Assembly: GCA_040755455.1 (NCBI GenBank)
Contig: JBFMAY010000009.1
Location: forward strand, 1 to 56,858
DNA: 56,858 nt
From: Thermodesulfobacteriota bacterium
Lineage (GTDB): Bacteria; Desulfobacterota; Desulfobulbia; Desulfobulbales; SURF-16
Direction of reading: 5' to 3'
Part shown: positions 48,401 to 56,588 of the stretch, one piece after another
Position numbering within the stretch: position 1 is the first letter of the stretch
Layout: every line of letters starts with the position of its first letter
Made by a program: the position numbers and the translations under genes
Notes under the pieces: model-generated
Told to the model about the DNA's origin: nothing
Database searches by the model: none
What the model saw: the letters and a program-made list of their open reading frames with translations, nothing else

Positions 48401-48638
48401 TCCGGCAATTTTCGGCACCGAAACCGTTATCAGTGGCGGCGAGGTGAAGTACAGGTCCCTTGCATATATTGATCTGGGACGCGGCATGGCCACCTCGCCG
48501 GCTATTCATTCCGGCTCAGGCAGCGGCGATGATAACGTCAGTGTCTTTACCCAGTTGTCCACCGGCGATGTGTTCCGCCAGTCAGCCGATACCGCCCAGA
48601 GTGTCCGAAGCGGTAAAGCCGCCTGGTTTGAGCGATAA
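42447..48638 (+). CDS. pilY1: Giant PilY1 tip adhesin (~2060 aa)
   Basis: YYGYFD, WSGNFLNW, LWYAAKWG, RLGDIINSTP, GGNDGLLHA and VYFGTGR motifs; GGAGG RBS before ATG 42447. Confidence 0.92.
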   Translation: MISTLLRCSHRKYLLQGMIFGAAFWAMSPTARAEVSSHTMAEFSSTPISLIENAVSPQVLINSSQDQQLYFKAYNDYSDLDGDGQPETTYTHSVDYYGYFDNHKCYDYDSVDKRFEPVAVTVDKYCTGVNDAYWSGNFLNWASMTRIDAIRKILFGGHRRVDTSTDTVLERAYIPPDIHAFAKYYDGADVNDLIPFTVNISEPTGTSASNVLIASGSKTFVTQAGTWIKIGDYVRIVDHANSTNYMEGWVTAFDSTDGNPLTVNVTKTGGAGTLANWDIANKTRTGITLCNVTYSSLNDYSQELLTAPPLIRTAAGNYAFWSAGEVTQCLWQEEETNAGHGKNYNNPYYSGIYASLDNPKKADVGLGTIYDYVARVQVCKQTFNGDRNNDGIIDSYTLDLATSTEKCKQYPYGNFKPIGLLQVYGDDDKLLFGMVAGTYGKPRTGGELVQKIVNIDGMDGMCREINLGRDCDGDDNGVADGGTDVGFVDQDDWHDPANDIHIGDGTFKRVYASAGGPIGHATKSEGIINTWSLYRLYGYEYRDWNYDPGDKCPLSVNFFGDSSDSVCTNWGNPFAEIYLAGVRYFAGNNADLAYQSGDGQYIEGINYNTGLWVDPLTTENYCARLNVVNFNSSIISADTRFTTDPANQKDELDTNSFGAVKDLGSSKNSRELTEIIGRVEGIYPDAANPNKKWFVGESGASQDRKCTAKTITNLGEVRGLCPEGPDLRGGFRVAGLSWYAHTNDIRPDTLAPQKRLEGVQKVDTYAVRLAAGNPVVDIPVPGSAGQKVTLLPACIDNDKSDYGCTMVDFKIVEPHTEVAGVGRGKFLVIWEDSLQGNDYDLDAGGTIEYTITSANITVKTAITLQNLGYSIGHGFVISGTTEDGLHIFSGTNDFVYDDPLAGVTDCPTTAKCNMGDGVRQDTFTLGTATAGLLEDPLWYAAKWGGFEDMNDNDLPDLTEEWDSKINANGEKGADGIPDNYYYASNPQELEAALNRVFLTILERTSSGTAAAVVSNNVRGEGALYQAYFEPLKKDIDGKQASWIGTVHALWLDRYGFSRQDCRSTDNIVGGECTPNGLLDNYEIDQVVQTFFDETENRTRIKVFTSDDPDSFDPYFMEGVVTAYNAGAVTLEPYSMEGVVSAYNSRHMTINPYSMNGTVTAYDPDTGEVSLAITAGSLQGVAGDVFDNWQIYDATAMLSGRSSTSIALANAGTIDFVVDPAGEWMVVGDVMTLSTYNMQGEQGKSYSRWFVDCLSSADESSILHSVTLANTGEMEITVQDDVFTDCERVKISTFNMNGTAGTTYNDWKVSNLSTGADGTSNSSVTLMDSGVLSFVVSPAIAWVEPGDRLMLSNFQFVEKELYEIGYLWNAREKLYLETLTDAEIKSNRLYNANAGSGRHIMTWIDSDYDSFVDNAEYVDFEQTMFGSVSYGYFDVGTQAEAENIVNYIRGVEIPGFRTRTVKYTADDTTARIMRLGDIINSTPTIVSAPQEAFNILYNDTSYTAFRAQYADRRVMAYVGGNDGLLHAINGGFYGVVNDAGVDKVSYLTTGKNCATGAAATAHPLGSEIWAYAPMNLLSHLKWLKDPNYNHVYYVDSKPRVFDAKIFAVDADHPNGWGTLMVVGMRLGGGAMTIDTAADGLGPPHQANDKTMRSAFVIFDITNPESEPRLLAEMQVPDGSFSFVYPTTMAFGDNNKWYMLFGNGPTSLQTAASTQNAKVYIFDLAELVTPGVTTVRPTGCTLTNVGASAMKIITCDTAVANSFIGSPVTVDWDLDYQADTSYFGLVGDANATSGRLMRFALNENSSPAFWTAPTTLVLANQPVVAQPAVGIDNMSNKWVYFGTGRYYVMADKTSTAIQTLYGIKDDGSGATVNIATDLIDATDIDVYTDQEQTIENGPLATADGTQITDFPTLVDEVDQHKKGWFLDLPPIVGTAGIAPATRSLGQSALLGGILFTSVFQPSDDPCGGEGYSRLYGLYYKTGTAYPSPAIFGTETVISGGEVKYRSLAYIDLGRGMATSPAIHSGSGSGDDNVSVFTQLSTGDVFRQSADTAQSVRSGKAAWFER
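45783..46506 (+). repeat. Intragenic repeats in pilY1 (3 x 19 aa, then 3 x ~60 aa)
   Basis: PYxMEGxVxAY at a 57-nt period (45783, 45840, 45897), then three G..G..Y..W...SVTLAN.G...V units. Confidence 0.8.
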
Positions 48639-48672
48639 GGAGGTAAGGTGCTGTTTCGTGTTTGCCGATGTG

Positions 48673-48710
48673 TGACAAAATATGTCATCGGCGGTGACAA
48701 AAATTGTCAC
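48673..48710. promoter_or_regulatory. Tandem palindromes, probable PilR-type activator sites
   Basis: TGACAAAATATGTCA and GTGACAAAAATTGTCAC, 130-165 bp upstream of a sigma54 motif. Confidence 0.7.
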
Positions 48711-48838
48711 AAGGATTGATGAAGAAGAAAGGAAGCGATGCAACGAATTGATCAGATTGGCGCAAAGAAGAAAATATATATATAATTTTAAATTAAATAC
48801 AGCTGGTTATGATTGATGACGCAATAATGGTAATCGTG

Positions 48839-48854
48839 TGGCACGAATCTGGCT
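48839..48854 (+). promoter_or_regulatory. sigma54 promoter of pilA
   Basis: TGGCACGAATCTGGCT (GG-N10-GC). Confidence 0.7.
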
Positions 48855-48937
48855 TTTATAGAGGATAAAATCAGAAAACAAATGTCACGGATGACAAAAA
48901 AAATCATAACCAGCAGGTCAAAAAAGGAGGGCATCTT

Positions 48938-49168
48938 ATGTTCACACTAATAAACAAAATGAGAAAATCAGGCCAGAAAGGTTTTACCCTGGTTGAGCTG
49001 ATGATAGTTGTGGCGATTATCGGCATTCTGGCGGCTATCGCCATTCCCCAGTTTGCAGCCTACCGGCAGAGGGCCTTCAACTCAGCGGCGCAGAGCGATC
49101 TCCGTAACTTCAAAACCGTCATGGAAACGGACTTTGCGGATAACCAACAATACGATGACACATTATAA
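48938..49168 (+). CDS. pilA: Short type IVa major pilin (PilA-N type, 61-aa mature)
   Basis: G|FTLVELMIVVAIIGILAAIAIPQF; ends after 61 residues; AGGAGG RBS. Confidence 0.95.
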   Translation: MFTLINKMRKSGQKGFTLVELMIVVAIIGILAAIAIPQFAAYRQRAFNSAAQSDLRNFKTVMETDFADNQQYDDTL

Positions 49169-49201
49169 TTTTTTTACCATAAACATCCAGGAGATAATAT
49201 C

Positions 49202-49549
49202 ATGAAAAAAATCATGCTTATTGGTTTTGCTTTATCCTTGTGCGCCACCAATGCTTTCGCCGCCACAACATTTGACTCTTCCGGTGGTGTAGGTGCCACC
49301 ACAGTGCTGCAGGGATTTAAAACCTCAAAAATGGTAGAAGTCGCCGTTAATGCCGATGTGCAAACCTATGCGGCTACCGCAGACCACGCGAACGGAACCA
49401 GAGTATATGGTACAGCATCAGGCGATCCGCTGATCTATTTTATGGAGAAAGCCGAGGCTGATATTGGAACGAACAAAAGTGCAGATGAACTAGGCACCGT
49501 TAGTGATTCGTCTGCATTCGTTGGCGCTGCTGGCTGGTCTTCCCTCTAA
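49202..49549 (+). CDS. PilA-C-like exported partner protein
   Basis: Sec signal ending AFA; FKTSKMV...YAATADHANGTRVYGT...IY; lies directly after the short pilin. Confidence 0.7.
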   Translation: MKKIMLIGFALSLCATNAFAATTFDSSGGVGATTVLQGFKTSKMVEVAVNADVQTYAATADHANGTRVYGTASGDPLIYFMEKAEADIGTNKSADELGTVSDSSAFVGAAGWSSL

Positions 49550-49576
49550 ATTAACCGCGTTTTTCGCACCAAACAC

Positions 49577-49611
49577 AAAAAAGGAAGGGCATGCCCCCTT
49601 CCTTTTTTTTT
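49577..49611 (+). terminator. Intrinsic terminator after pilA-N/pilA-C
   Basis: AAGGAAGGG...CCCTTCCTT followed by a long T-run. Confidence 0.85.
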
Positions 49612-49624
49612 ATATCTTGAGACC

Positions 49625-51340
49625 ATGCGTCGACCCTTCTCCTTTCTGTTGCTTGCCTTTCTTGTCCTTGGCATCTTCTATCCCTCCATTTTCGCCGAGA
49701 GTCTGTCCACCGATGACCATGAGATGATTCTGGGCTATAGCAACATGAACGGCCTGGATTGGCAGGCTCTCTTCTGGCCGCCGTCCCCACCCTATTACTA
49801 CCGACCGCTGCTCGGGCTATCCTTTTACTGCGATTACTTCCTGTTTGACAGTCATGCGGCGATCGCGCATCTGGAAAACATCCTGCTCCATCTTGCCAGC
49901 ACCTTGTTCCTCTATGCTATCCTGCTTCGTGTCGTCCCCGCCGAGAAGGAGGATTTGCCTCTGCTGGCCGCGATTTTTTTTGGCGTTCACCCGCTTGCGG
50001 CCGAGCCGGTCAACTGGATCTCCGGTCGCACCGATCTCCTGGCCGGTTTTTTCGTCCTGTTGAGTTTTTTGTTTTTCCTGCGCAACAGCGAAAAAAAACC
50101 AGGCCGCGATCTCCTGGCCGCATTCGGGTTCCTCTGCGGCCTCTGGTCCAAAGAGGTTGCCATCGGACTTCTGCCGGTGATACTTTTTGCCTCCCTCCAG
50201 GAGCAGGATTTTGCTGTACAACGAAAATGGCGGGACATCGTCAGGCGTGTGCTCCCCTTTTTCGCGGTAACTCTTCTCTATGGGCTCATGCGCACCGGCG
50301 GTCATTTCACCCATGACATAGGAGTAATGACCGCCATCCATGGCGGCCATGGTGCCGAAAACTTTCCGCTCTCCGCCAAATTTTTGAGTCTGATCAAGGC
50401 GATTGGTTTCTACAGCCATAAAATTCTCTGGCCTTTTCCGCTTAATTTTGCCATTGTTGAGATCAACCGGCCCATTGCCCTGGCGGTGGGCATCATCGCC
50501 CTCGTCAGCCTTGCTGTTGCCTTGCTTTTTTGCCGCCGCCGTCCCGTCATGCTGGGTCTGGTCTGGATTCCCTGTTTTCTGGCCCCGGCTTTGCCGGTGG
50601 CCGTCAACCGCGTTGCCTGGACGCCATTGGCGGAGCGCTATCTCTATCTTCCGTTGATGGGACTCTGCGTGGTTATGGCCATCCTCATGGCAGGGAGTCC
50701 CAGAAAAAAAATTATTGCCTTGGCCCTGGCCATACTCCTCTGTGGATTTGGCACGGCCACAGTTCAAAGAAATATTGTCTGGCAAAAAAATATTACCCTG
50801 TGGCAGGATGTGGTGGAAAAATCTCCCCATTTTGCGGCGGGCCATAACGATTACGCCTTGGCCTTGTTGCGCGCTGGAAATAAGCAGGAGGCGGAAAAGC
50901 ACTTTGCGCTTGCCGAAGGTCTTGCGGAAGGCACCGGGAAAAATCTGGCGAAAAGCAACATCGCCATGTTGCAAGGGGATATCGAGCAACGATTCGCCAT
51001 GCTGGACACGATTCAACAAAGCGAACAATCCCCCAAACTGCGCTGCCAAGTCTTGTACAAAATGATCAGGCTGATCAACAATGAGCTCGGCGACAAAGAG
51101 ATCGCCAGTGAAAAAAAGCGGGAGTGGACCAGGAAATTGCTCGTTTGCCAGGAACAGCTTGCAGGACTGGACAAAAATCCCTATCACCTCTATCGTATTG
51201 GCCAGCTGCATCTTGCCCTAGGGGATAAAGCAGCCGCCCAAGCCGCGTTTGCAGCAACCTGCAAGGACAGTAACGATTATTTTACCCAGCCGGCCTGCAC
51301 CCTTGCCAAACGTCTCGCCAAAGAAACCAAAGGGGAATAA
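49625..51340 (+). CDS. TMTC-like GT-C membrane glycosyltransferase with TPR tail
   Basis: DD, YYRPL, HPLAAEPVNWISGR, SKE and AERYLYLP motifs; TPR helices. Confidence 0.82.
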   Translation: MRRPFSFLLLAFLVLGIFYPSIFAESLSTDDHEMILGYSNMNGLDWQALFWPPSPPYYYRPLLGLSFYCDYFLFDSHAAIAHLENILLHLASTLFLYAILLRVVPAEKEDLPLLAAIFFGVHPLAAEPVNWISGRTDLLAGFFVLLSFLFFLRNSEKKPGRDLLAAFGFLCGLWSKEVAIGLLPVILFASLQEQDFAVQRKWRDIVRRVLPFFAVTLLYGLMRTGGHFTHDIGVMTAIHGGHGAENFPLSAKFLSLIKAIGFYSHKILWPFPLNFAIVEINRPIALAVGIIALVSLAVALLFCRRRPVMLGLVWIPCFLAPALPVAVNRVAWTPLAERYLYLPLMGLCVVMAILMAGSPRKKIIALALAILLCGFGTATVQRNIVWQKNITLWQDVVEKSPHFAAGHNDYALALLRAGNKQEAEKHFALAEGLAEGTGKNLAKSNIAMLQGDIEQRFAMLDTIQQSEQSPKLRCQVLYKMIRLINNELGDKEIASEKKREWTRKLLVCQEQLAGLDKNPYHLYRIGQLHLALGDKAAAQAAFAATCKDSNDYFTQPACTLAKRLAKETKGE

Positions 51341-51345
51341 TTACC

Positions 51346-52161
51346 ATGCACTCGCTTTCCGGCATCTGGGCCATCGGCATTGCAACCTTTAAAGGCGGCC
51401 TGCGGGACCGCCTGATCCAGAGCCTGCTCATGGCTGGCCTCTTTTTTCTCATCTCCACCGTGGTGTTCAGCAGCTTTTCCATGCGGCAGCCATTGGAAGT
51501 GGCGATTAACTACAGCCTCGCCACCGTGCAGATTCTCACCATGCTGATCACCCTCTTTCTGGGGCTGAATCTGCTTTCCCGCGAGATCGAGACCCGCGCC
51601 GGACACGGGGTGTTGAGCCAGCCCCTGTCGCGGACCCATTATCTTCTCGGTAAATTTTCCGGGCTCGTCCTGCTGTGTTTCGTTGTTGTTTTTTTCTTGG
51701 CGCTCTGCTCCATCGCCGGGATCTTGCTGGTCAAGATCGGCGGCCAGGAGGCCCAGTCAATTGGGTGGACAAATTTTGGCGTTGCCATTTTGGGCATCCT
51801 GCTGATGTCGTTGTTGCTGGGGGCGGCAAGTCTCCTTTTCAGCGCCCTGGCCACCTCAGCCGTCCTGCCATTTCTTGCAACCATCGCCGTCTGGTTTATC
51901 GGGCAAAACACCCAGGCGGTCAAGAATTACCTCGATGCCAACCTTGCGGATCAATCGATAACGCCTCTCCTTAAGGTAATCATCACCGGCGCCTATTATT
52001 TTTTCCCAAACTTAAGCCTCCTTGACTTTAAGGTCTACGCCATTTACAGTTTGCCGATCCCTGCCAGCCAGGCTTTTTATGCTCTGGCCTACGGACTCGT
52101 GTACACCGCCGTCCTGCTCTGTATTGCCGCCAGGCTCTTTCACGCACGGGACATGCTATGA
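51346..52161 (+). CDS. ABC-2 type permease (xap-like)
   Basis: LSQPLSRTHYLLGKF motif; multiple TM segments; FPNL. Confidence 0.85.
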   Translation: MHSLSGIWAIGIATFKGGLRDRLIQSLLMAGLFFLISTVVFSSFSMRQPLEVAINYSLATVQILTMLITLFLGLNLLSREIETRAGHGVLSQPLSRTHYLLGKFSGLVLLCFVVVFFLALCSIAGILLVKIGGQEAQSIGWTNFGVAILGILLMSLLLGAASLLFSALATSAVLPFLATIAVWFIGQNTQAVKNYLDANLADQSITPLLKVIITGAYYFFPNLSLLDFKVYAIYSLPIPASQAFYALAYGLVYTAVLLCIAARLFHARDML

Positions 52162-53027
52162 AACACCTCGTTTCCGTGAGCATGCTGATCGGCTTGCTTG
52201 TCTGGCTTCTGCTGGCCTTCTCGTCCTTGCGGGGCAACATCCAGGAACCATTACGGTTTCCCACATACCCGCCCAGCGTTGCCATCGAAATGATGTCGCT
52301 TGGCAATCGGGAGCTTGCGGCAACACTCATCTTTTATAATGCCCAGTTTTATTTCGGTGAAAAATATGCCTGGCGCCGGGAGGCTCCTGAATACCAGAGG
52401 CTTTTCGTGGCGCTGGACAAGGCCACAGACCTGGACCCCCATAACATGGATTGCTATTATTTTGCCCAGGGACTCTTTTCGGATATCAAACCGGCGATCC
52501 CGGTCCTCAATCGCCTTCTGGAAAAAGGGATGCGGCACAGGGAGCAGGATTGGTATCTGCCTTTTTTTATCAGCGCCAACTACTATTTTCAGTTGAAAGA
52601 TCCGGTCAAGGCCGCGGAGTATCTGCAACGGGCCGCAGTGCTCAACCCGGACAATGCGCTGTTCGCCTCACTCAGCGCCCGCATGCTCTACCAGGGCAAT
52701 CAGACCAAGACGGCCATTACCTACCTGGAGGCCTTTATCAAGGAAACAAGAAATCCCGCGGTCCGCAAGAAGCTGCTGCTCCGGCTGCGCGCCCTCACCA
52801 TCATTCATTTTCTTGAAAATGCCATTACCGACTTTACAGAAAAAAAAGGCCGGCCGCCCCGGGCTCTTGACGAGGTGGTCACCGCCGGTCTTATCGATAA
52901 AATCCCCGCCGATCCCTATGGTGGAACTTTCTTCCTGGACGAGACGGGAAAGGTGTATACTACCAGTAAGCTCACCGAAACCTGGGGAAACCATGACAAC
53001 CGCAATCAAGACCAGCAATCTCAATAA
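52158..53027 (+). CDS. Membrane-anchored TPR-like protein (xap-like)
   Basis: ATDLDP, LLEKG, DWYLPF; C-terminal IPADPYGG. Confidence 0.75.
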   Translation: MKHLVSVSMLIGLLVWLLLAFSSLRGNIQEPLRFPTYPPSVAIEMMSLGNRELAATLIFYNAQFYFGEKYAWRREAPEYQRLFVALDKATDLDPHNMDCYYFAQGLFSDIKPAIPVLNRLLEKGMRHREQDWYLPFFISANYYFQLKDPVKAAEYLQRAAVLNPDNALFASLSARMLYQGNQTKTAITYLEAFIKETRNPAVRKKLLLRLRALTIIHFLENAITDFTEKKGRPPRALDEVVTAGLIDKIPADPYGGTFFLDETGKVYTTSKLTETWGNHDNRNQDQQSQ

Positions 53028-53916
53028 ATGCTACAAAAAAGGAGTGCGGGGCCACAGGATTGAGGCCCTCTCAAGCTTGAACCTTGAGGTTAGCCAAGGT
53101 GAGGTTTTTGGCTTCATCGGCAGCAACGGCGCAGGCAAAAGCACCACTATCAAAATCCTGATGGGCCTCATCAAACCATCGGCCGGCCAAGCTTGGCTTT
53201 TTGACAAACAGGTGAATGAACCTTGTGCGCGCACACGCGTTGGCTATCTCTCGGAACATCCTCATTTTTATGATTTCCTCACGCCTATTGAATTGTTCCG
53301 CCTGTTGGGGACCATTCGCCGGATGGAGGGCAAACTCCTCCGGCAACGGAGTGAGGAACTCCTTGACCTGGTGTCGCTTTCAGAGGCTGCCAATCGCAAG
53401 ATCAGGGGCTTTTCCAAGGGCATGGTGCAACGGCTGGGGATCGCGGCGGCTCTGCTTGGCGACCCGGAACTTTTGATCCTGGACGAACCCATGAGCGGCC
53501 TCGATCCCCTGGGGCGCCATCTGGTTGCCACCATCATGCGTAATCTGCAGGATCAGGGGAAAACCATTTTTTTCAGCACGCATATCATACCGGATATCGA
53601 AAACCTCTGCGACCGTGTGGGAATACTGGTAAACGGCATCATGAAATATGTGGGCTCGATCGGGCAGGCCTTGTATCCGGCGGTGGGGAAACTTGAATTG
53701 ACTTTTCGCGCCGAGCCGTCAAGGGGTGCGGAACTGGCTGTCTCCCAGCAGATTCAATATCTCTGGCAGAAGGAAGGCGTCTTTAAGGCAGAGATAAACG
53801 AACGGCAGATTCCCGCCCTCATGGAGAAAATTCTTGCCAAAGGCGGGTCGGTTATCAGTATTGAGCTGAAAAAGAGATCGCTTGAGGAATTGTACCTTAC
53901 CCTCAATAACGATTAG
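52993..53916 (+). CDS. ABC transporter ATP-binding protein (XapD-like)
   Basis: GSNGAGKS, FSKGMVQR, LDEP; start at ATG 52993. Confidence 0.9.
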   Translation: MTTAIKTSNLNKCYKKGVRGHRIEALSSLNLEVSQGEVFGFIGSNGAGKSTTIKILMGLIKPSAGQAWLFDKQVNEPCARTRVGYLSEHPHFYDFLTPIELFRLLGTIRRMEGKLLRQRSEELLDLVSLSEAANRKIRGFSKGMVQRLGIAAALLGDPELLILDEPMSGLDPLGRHLVATIMRNLQDQGKTIFFSTHIIPDIENLCDRVGILVNGIMKYVGSIGQALYPAVGKLELTFRAEPSRGAELAVSQQIQYLWQKEGVFKAEINERQIPALMEKILAKGGSVISIELKKRSLEELYLTLNND

Positions 53917-53940
53917 AACGCAGTTACCGGATGAAAGCTA

Positions 53941-54786
53941 ATGTTTTTTTTCTCTGTAATTAAACTGTTACGGCCTAAGCACTGGTTGAAGAATGTTCTT
54001 CTTTTCTTCCCGCCCTTCATGGCAGGCAGCATTTTTGAGACCGGCATGATCAGGCAGGGCATCCTGCCTTTTATGGCCTTTTCCTTTGCCGCCAGTTCGA
54101 TTTATATCATCAATGATATTGTTGACGCCCAAAATGATGCCCAGCATCCGGTGAAGAAAAACAGACCCATCCCCAAAGGGAGTGTCACTCCCGCCAGTGC
54201 TGCGGTTATCGCCGCCTTTTTCGTTATTTTCTCCTTGGTGGCAGGCTATCTCGTGGCCCTGAATTTTCTGCTGCTCCTTGTTGCCTATTTTCTTATTACA
54301 ACCGTGTACAGCTTTAAGCTGAAAGGAGAGCCGATATTTGATATTTTTTGTATTTCGGCAGGTTTTCTCCTCCGTCTCGAGGCAGGAGGTGTGGCTTTCC
54401 AGATTCATATTTCCGAATGGCTTTTCCTGTCGGTTTTTCTGTTGTCGATTTTTCTCAGCACCGGCAAGCGACTCAGTGAAAAAAAAATACTGGGTCAGGA
54501 GGCGGGCAGCCATCGCAGCTCGCTTGGCCGGTATCCGGATGGTTTTCTTGAAAGTGCCATGTACATGACTGGCGCTGCTGTGCTGGTAACGTATTCCATG
54601 TACGTCATTTACCGGCCAAAACTTATTTACACGATCCTGCTCTGCTGTTTCGGCCTTTTCCGCTATATTTATCTGGTGCAGTCCGGCAGAGAAGGGGATC
54701 CGACGGAATCACTGCTGAGTGACGCGCAGCTTTTTTTGGTCAGTTTTCTGTGGGTTCTGGTGCTGGGGTGGGGGATTTACCGATAA
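53941..54786 (+). CDS. UbiA-family polyprenyl-phosphate phosphoribosyltransferase
   Basis: LRPKHWLKN, YIINDIVD...D..HPVKKNRP, GFLLR, GKR and GDPTE motifs. Confidence 0.88.
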   Translation: MFFFSVIKLLRPKHWLKNVLLFFPPFMAGSIFETGMIRQGILPFMAFSFAASSIYIINDIVDAQNDAQHPVKKNRPIPKGSVTPASAAVIAAFFVIFSLVAGYLVALNFLLLLVAYFLITTVYSFKLKGEPIFDIFCISAGFLLRLEAGGVAFQIHISEWLFLSVFLLSIFLSTGKRLSEKKILGQEAGSHRSSLGRYPDGFLESAMYMTGAAVLVTYSMYVIYRPKLIYTILLCCFGLFRYIYLVQSGREGDPTESLLSDAQLFLVSFLWVLVLGWGIYR

Positions 54787-54829
54787 TGAGCTGTCCTGAA
54801 AGGAGAAATTGCCGGTGACATCTGATAGG

Positions 54830-54961
54830 ATGCATATCGGTTTTTATCGCTATTCCCTGCTCAATCGCGGCGGCGATCGCATGGTGGTCGATTATGCCAA
54901 CTACTTGGCAGTAGATGTCCATATCGGATTACCAAAAAAGGAAATTCTGTATGTTTCATGA
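54830..54961 (+). pseudogene. N-terminal remnant of a GT4 glycosyltransferase
   Basis: MHIGFYRYSLLNRGGDRMVVDYANYLA resembles a GT4 N-terminus; stops after 43 codons. Confidence 0.6.
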
Positions 54962-56453
54962 AAAAGGCTTTGTTATAGATCGCACCAGGGTATTTAATAA
55001 CGCCTTATGGACTTTTGCAGGGCAAATATTTCCTCTCGTAATTGTTTTAATGACCCTGCCATTCTTTATTCGTTGTCTTGGGGTTGAGCGTTTTGGAGCG
55101 TTCACGCTCATTTTTGCTTTTTTTACTTATTTGAATCTTTTTGATCTCGGAGTGAGTGTGGGGTTGACAAGGTTCTTAGCGAGGGCGATCGCTGCTGGCA
55201 ATGACAAGGAGTTCCGTGAATTGACGGATACGGCTTTGTTAATGCTGTTTATTTTGGGTTGTGGCGGGGCCATTGTGGCTTTCTGCACGATCCCCTTTAT
55301 CCTTAGGTTTCTTCATCTTTCCAACGTGCTATATAATGAGATGCGCGATGCCTTAATCATCCTTTTGGTTGCATTGCCGATGTCACTTTATTCCGGAGGG
55401 TTGCGCAGTGTTTTAAATGCCCGACAAAGGATGGAGCTAGTCAATATTTTGGAGATTACTTTGGCTGTTTCCAGGACTCTTGGAATGTTATTAATCGCGG
55501 CCTTTAACAATGATCTTAGATGGATCGTTGCGTTTTTCTGTCTGACACAGATTATCGTTTTCTTTTTGTATTCATATTGTGCGGCCCCATTCATTCCCGG
55601 GGAAAAAGGCCACGGCCTGCCGGACATGAAAAAGGTTTATATTTTTTTTCAATATGGCGGTTGGTTGACCGTTTCCAATATCATCAGTCCCGTGATGGTA
55701 TATTTTGATAGGTTTTTATTGGGGGCGATCCTGTCAATCGCGGTCATCCCCTATTATTCGATCCCTTATGATATTGTGACAAAGCTTTGGGTCTTTCCAG
55801 CGACGATATGTGTGCCGTTCTTTCCTGTCCTCAGTGCGCTTTACTCACGAGATCTGATGGCTTCGAAACTGATCTTCATGAAAATGGTCCGCTTTTTGTT
55901 CATCAGTCTCTTTCCTTTGATCCTTTTTGCCGGGATCTTTGCACGAGAAGGGATGACGTTATGGATGGGGGAAGAATTCGCAGAAAAGAGTTATATCATT
56001 CTTCAATGGCTTTCTGTTGGCGTTTTGACGAACAGTTTGGCGCAGTTGGCCTATAATTATATCCTTGCTTCTGGTCGGACGGATCTTCCCGCCAAATTCC
56101 ATTTGATAGAATTATGTCTTTATTTGCCGATGTTATTTATCTTGATCAAGAAGTTCGGCCTTAAAGGAGCTGCAGTGGCCTGGGTTTTAAGAGTAAGTGT
56201 TGATGCAGTGCTTTTGTTTGTTGCACTTATAAGGTTAACACGTTTGGAACTCAGGTATGTTAAGGAGATCATAAATTGTTTTTTCATCTCGATTACGCTC
56301 TTGATGGTTGCTTTTATTCATACCGGTGTAAAGTGGAAATTGGGATATTGGTTCGCGGCTGTTGTGTTGTTTTCTGTGTGGCTATGGAGATTTGTTATGG
56401 ACCGGGAGGATCGTTTATGGGTCAAGGGGTTGCTTAGGCAACGGTTAGCATAG
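54915..56453 (+). CDS. wzx: Wzx polysaccharide flippase
   Basis: LGVERFG, LFDLG, YFDRFLLG, YYSIPY and FGLKGAA motifs; many TM segments; start may be 54951. Confidence 0.9.
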   Translation: MSISDYQKRKFCMFHEKGFVIDRTRVFNNALWTFAGQIFPLVIVLMTLPFFIRCLGVERFGAFTLIFAFFTYLNLFDLGVSVGLTRFLARAIAAGNDKEFRELTDTALLMLFILGCGGAIVAFCTIPFILRFLHLSNVLYNEMRDALIILLVALPMSLYSGGLRSVLNARQRMELVNILEITLAVSRTLGMLLIAAFNNDLRWIVAFFCLTQIIVFFLYSYCAAPFIPGEKGHGLPDMKKVYIFFQYGGWLTVSNIISPVMVYFDRFLLGAILSIAVIPYYSIPYDIVTKLWVFPATICVPFFPVLSALYSRDLMASKLIFMKMVRFLFISLFPLILFAGIFAREGMTLWMGEEFAEKSYIILQWLSVGVLTNSLAQLAYNYILASGRTDLPAKFHLIELCLYLPMLFILIKKFGLKGAAVAWVLRVSVDAVLLFVALIRLTRLELRYVKEIINCFFISITLLMVAFIHTGVKWKLGYWFAAVVLFSVWLWRFVMDREDRLWVKGLLRQRLA

Positions 56454-56588
56454 AACCTCGGCCATTTTGTATGTGATTATCGTAACAAAGATATGATGTT
56501 CAGATTTGGCGAGGGTTTTGAAGTCGTTTTGGTTTAAAATGGGTATTCCAACGGCTCCATTGTAAAAGAGGGGAAGAGTTGAGGAAAG

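Noticed and set aside
49817..51211. 464-aa - strand ORF
   Set aside because: Antisense to the GT-C/TPR gene.
52654..52992. N-terminal extension of the ABC ATPase in the ORF track
   Set aside because: Overlaps the upstream gene and is not protein-like; true start is ATG 52993.
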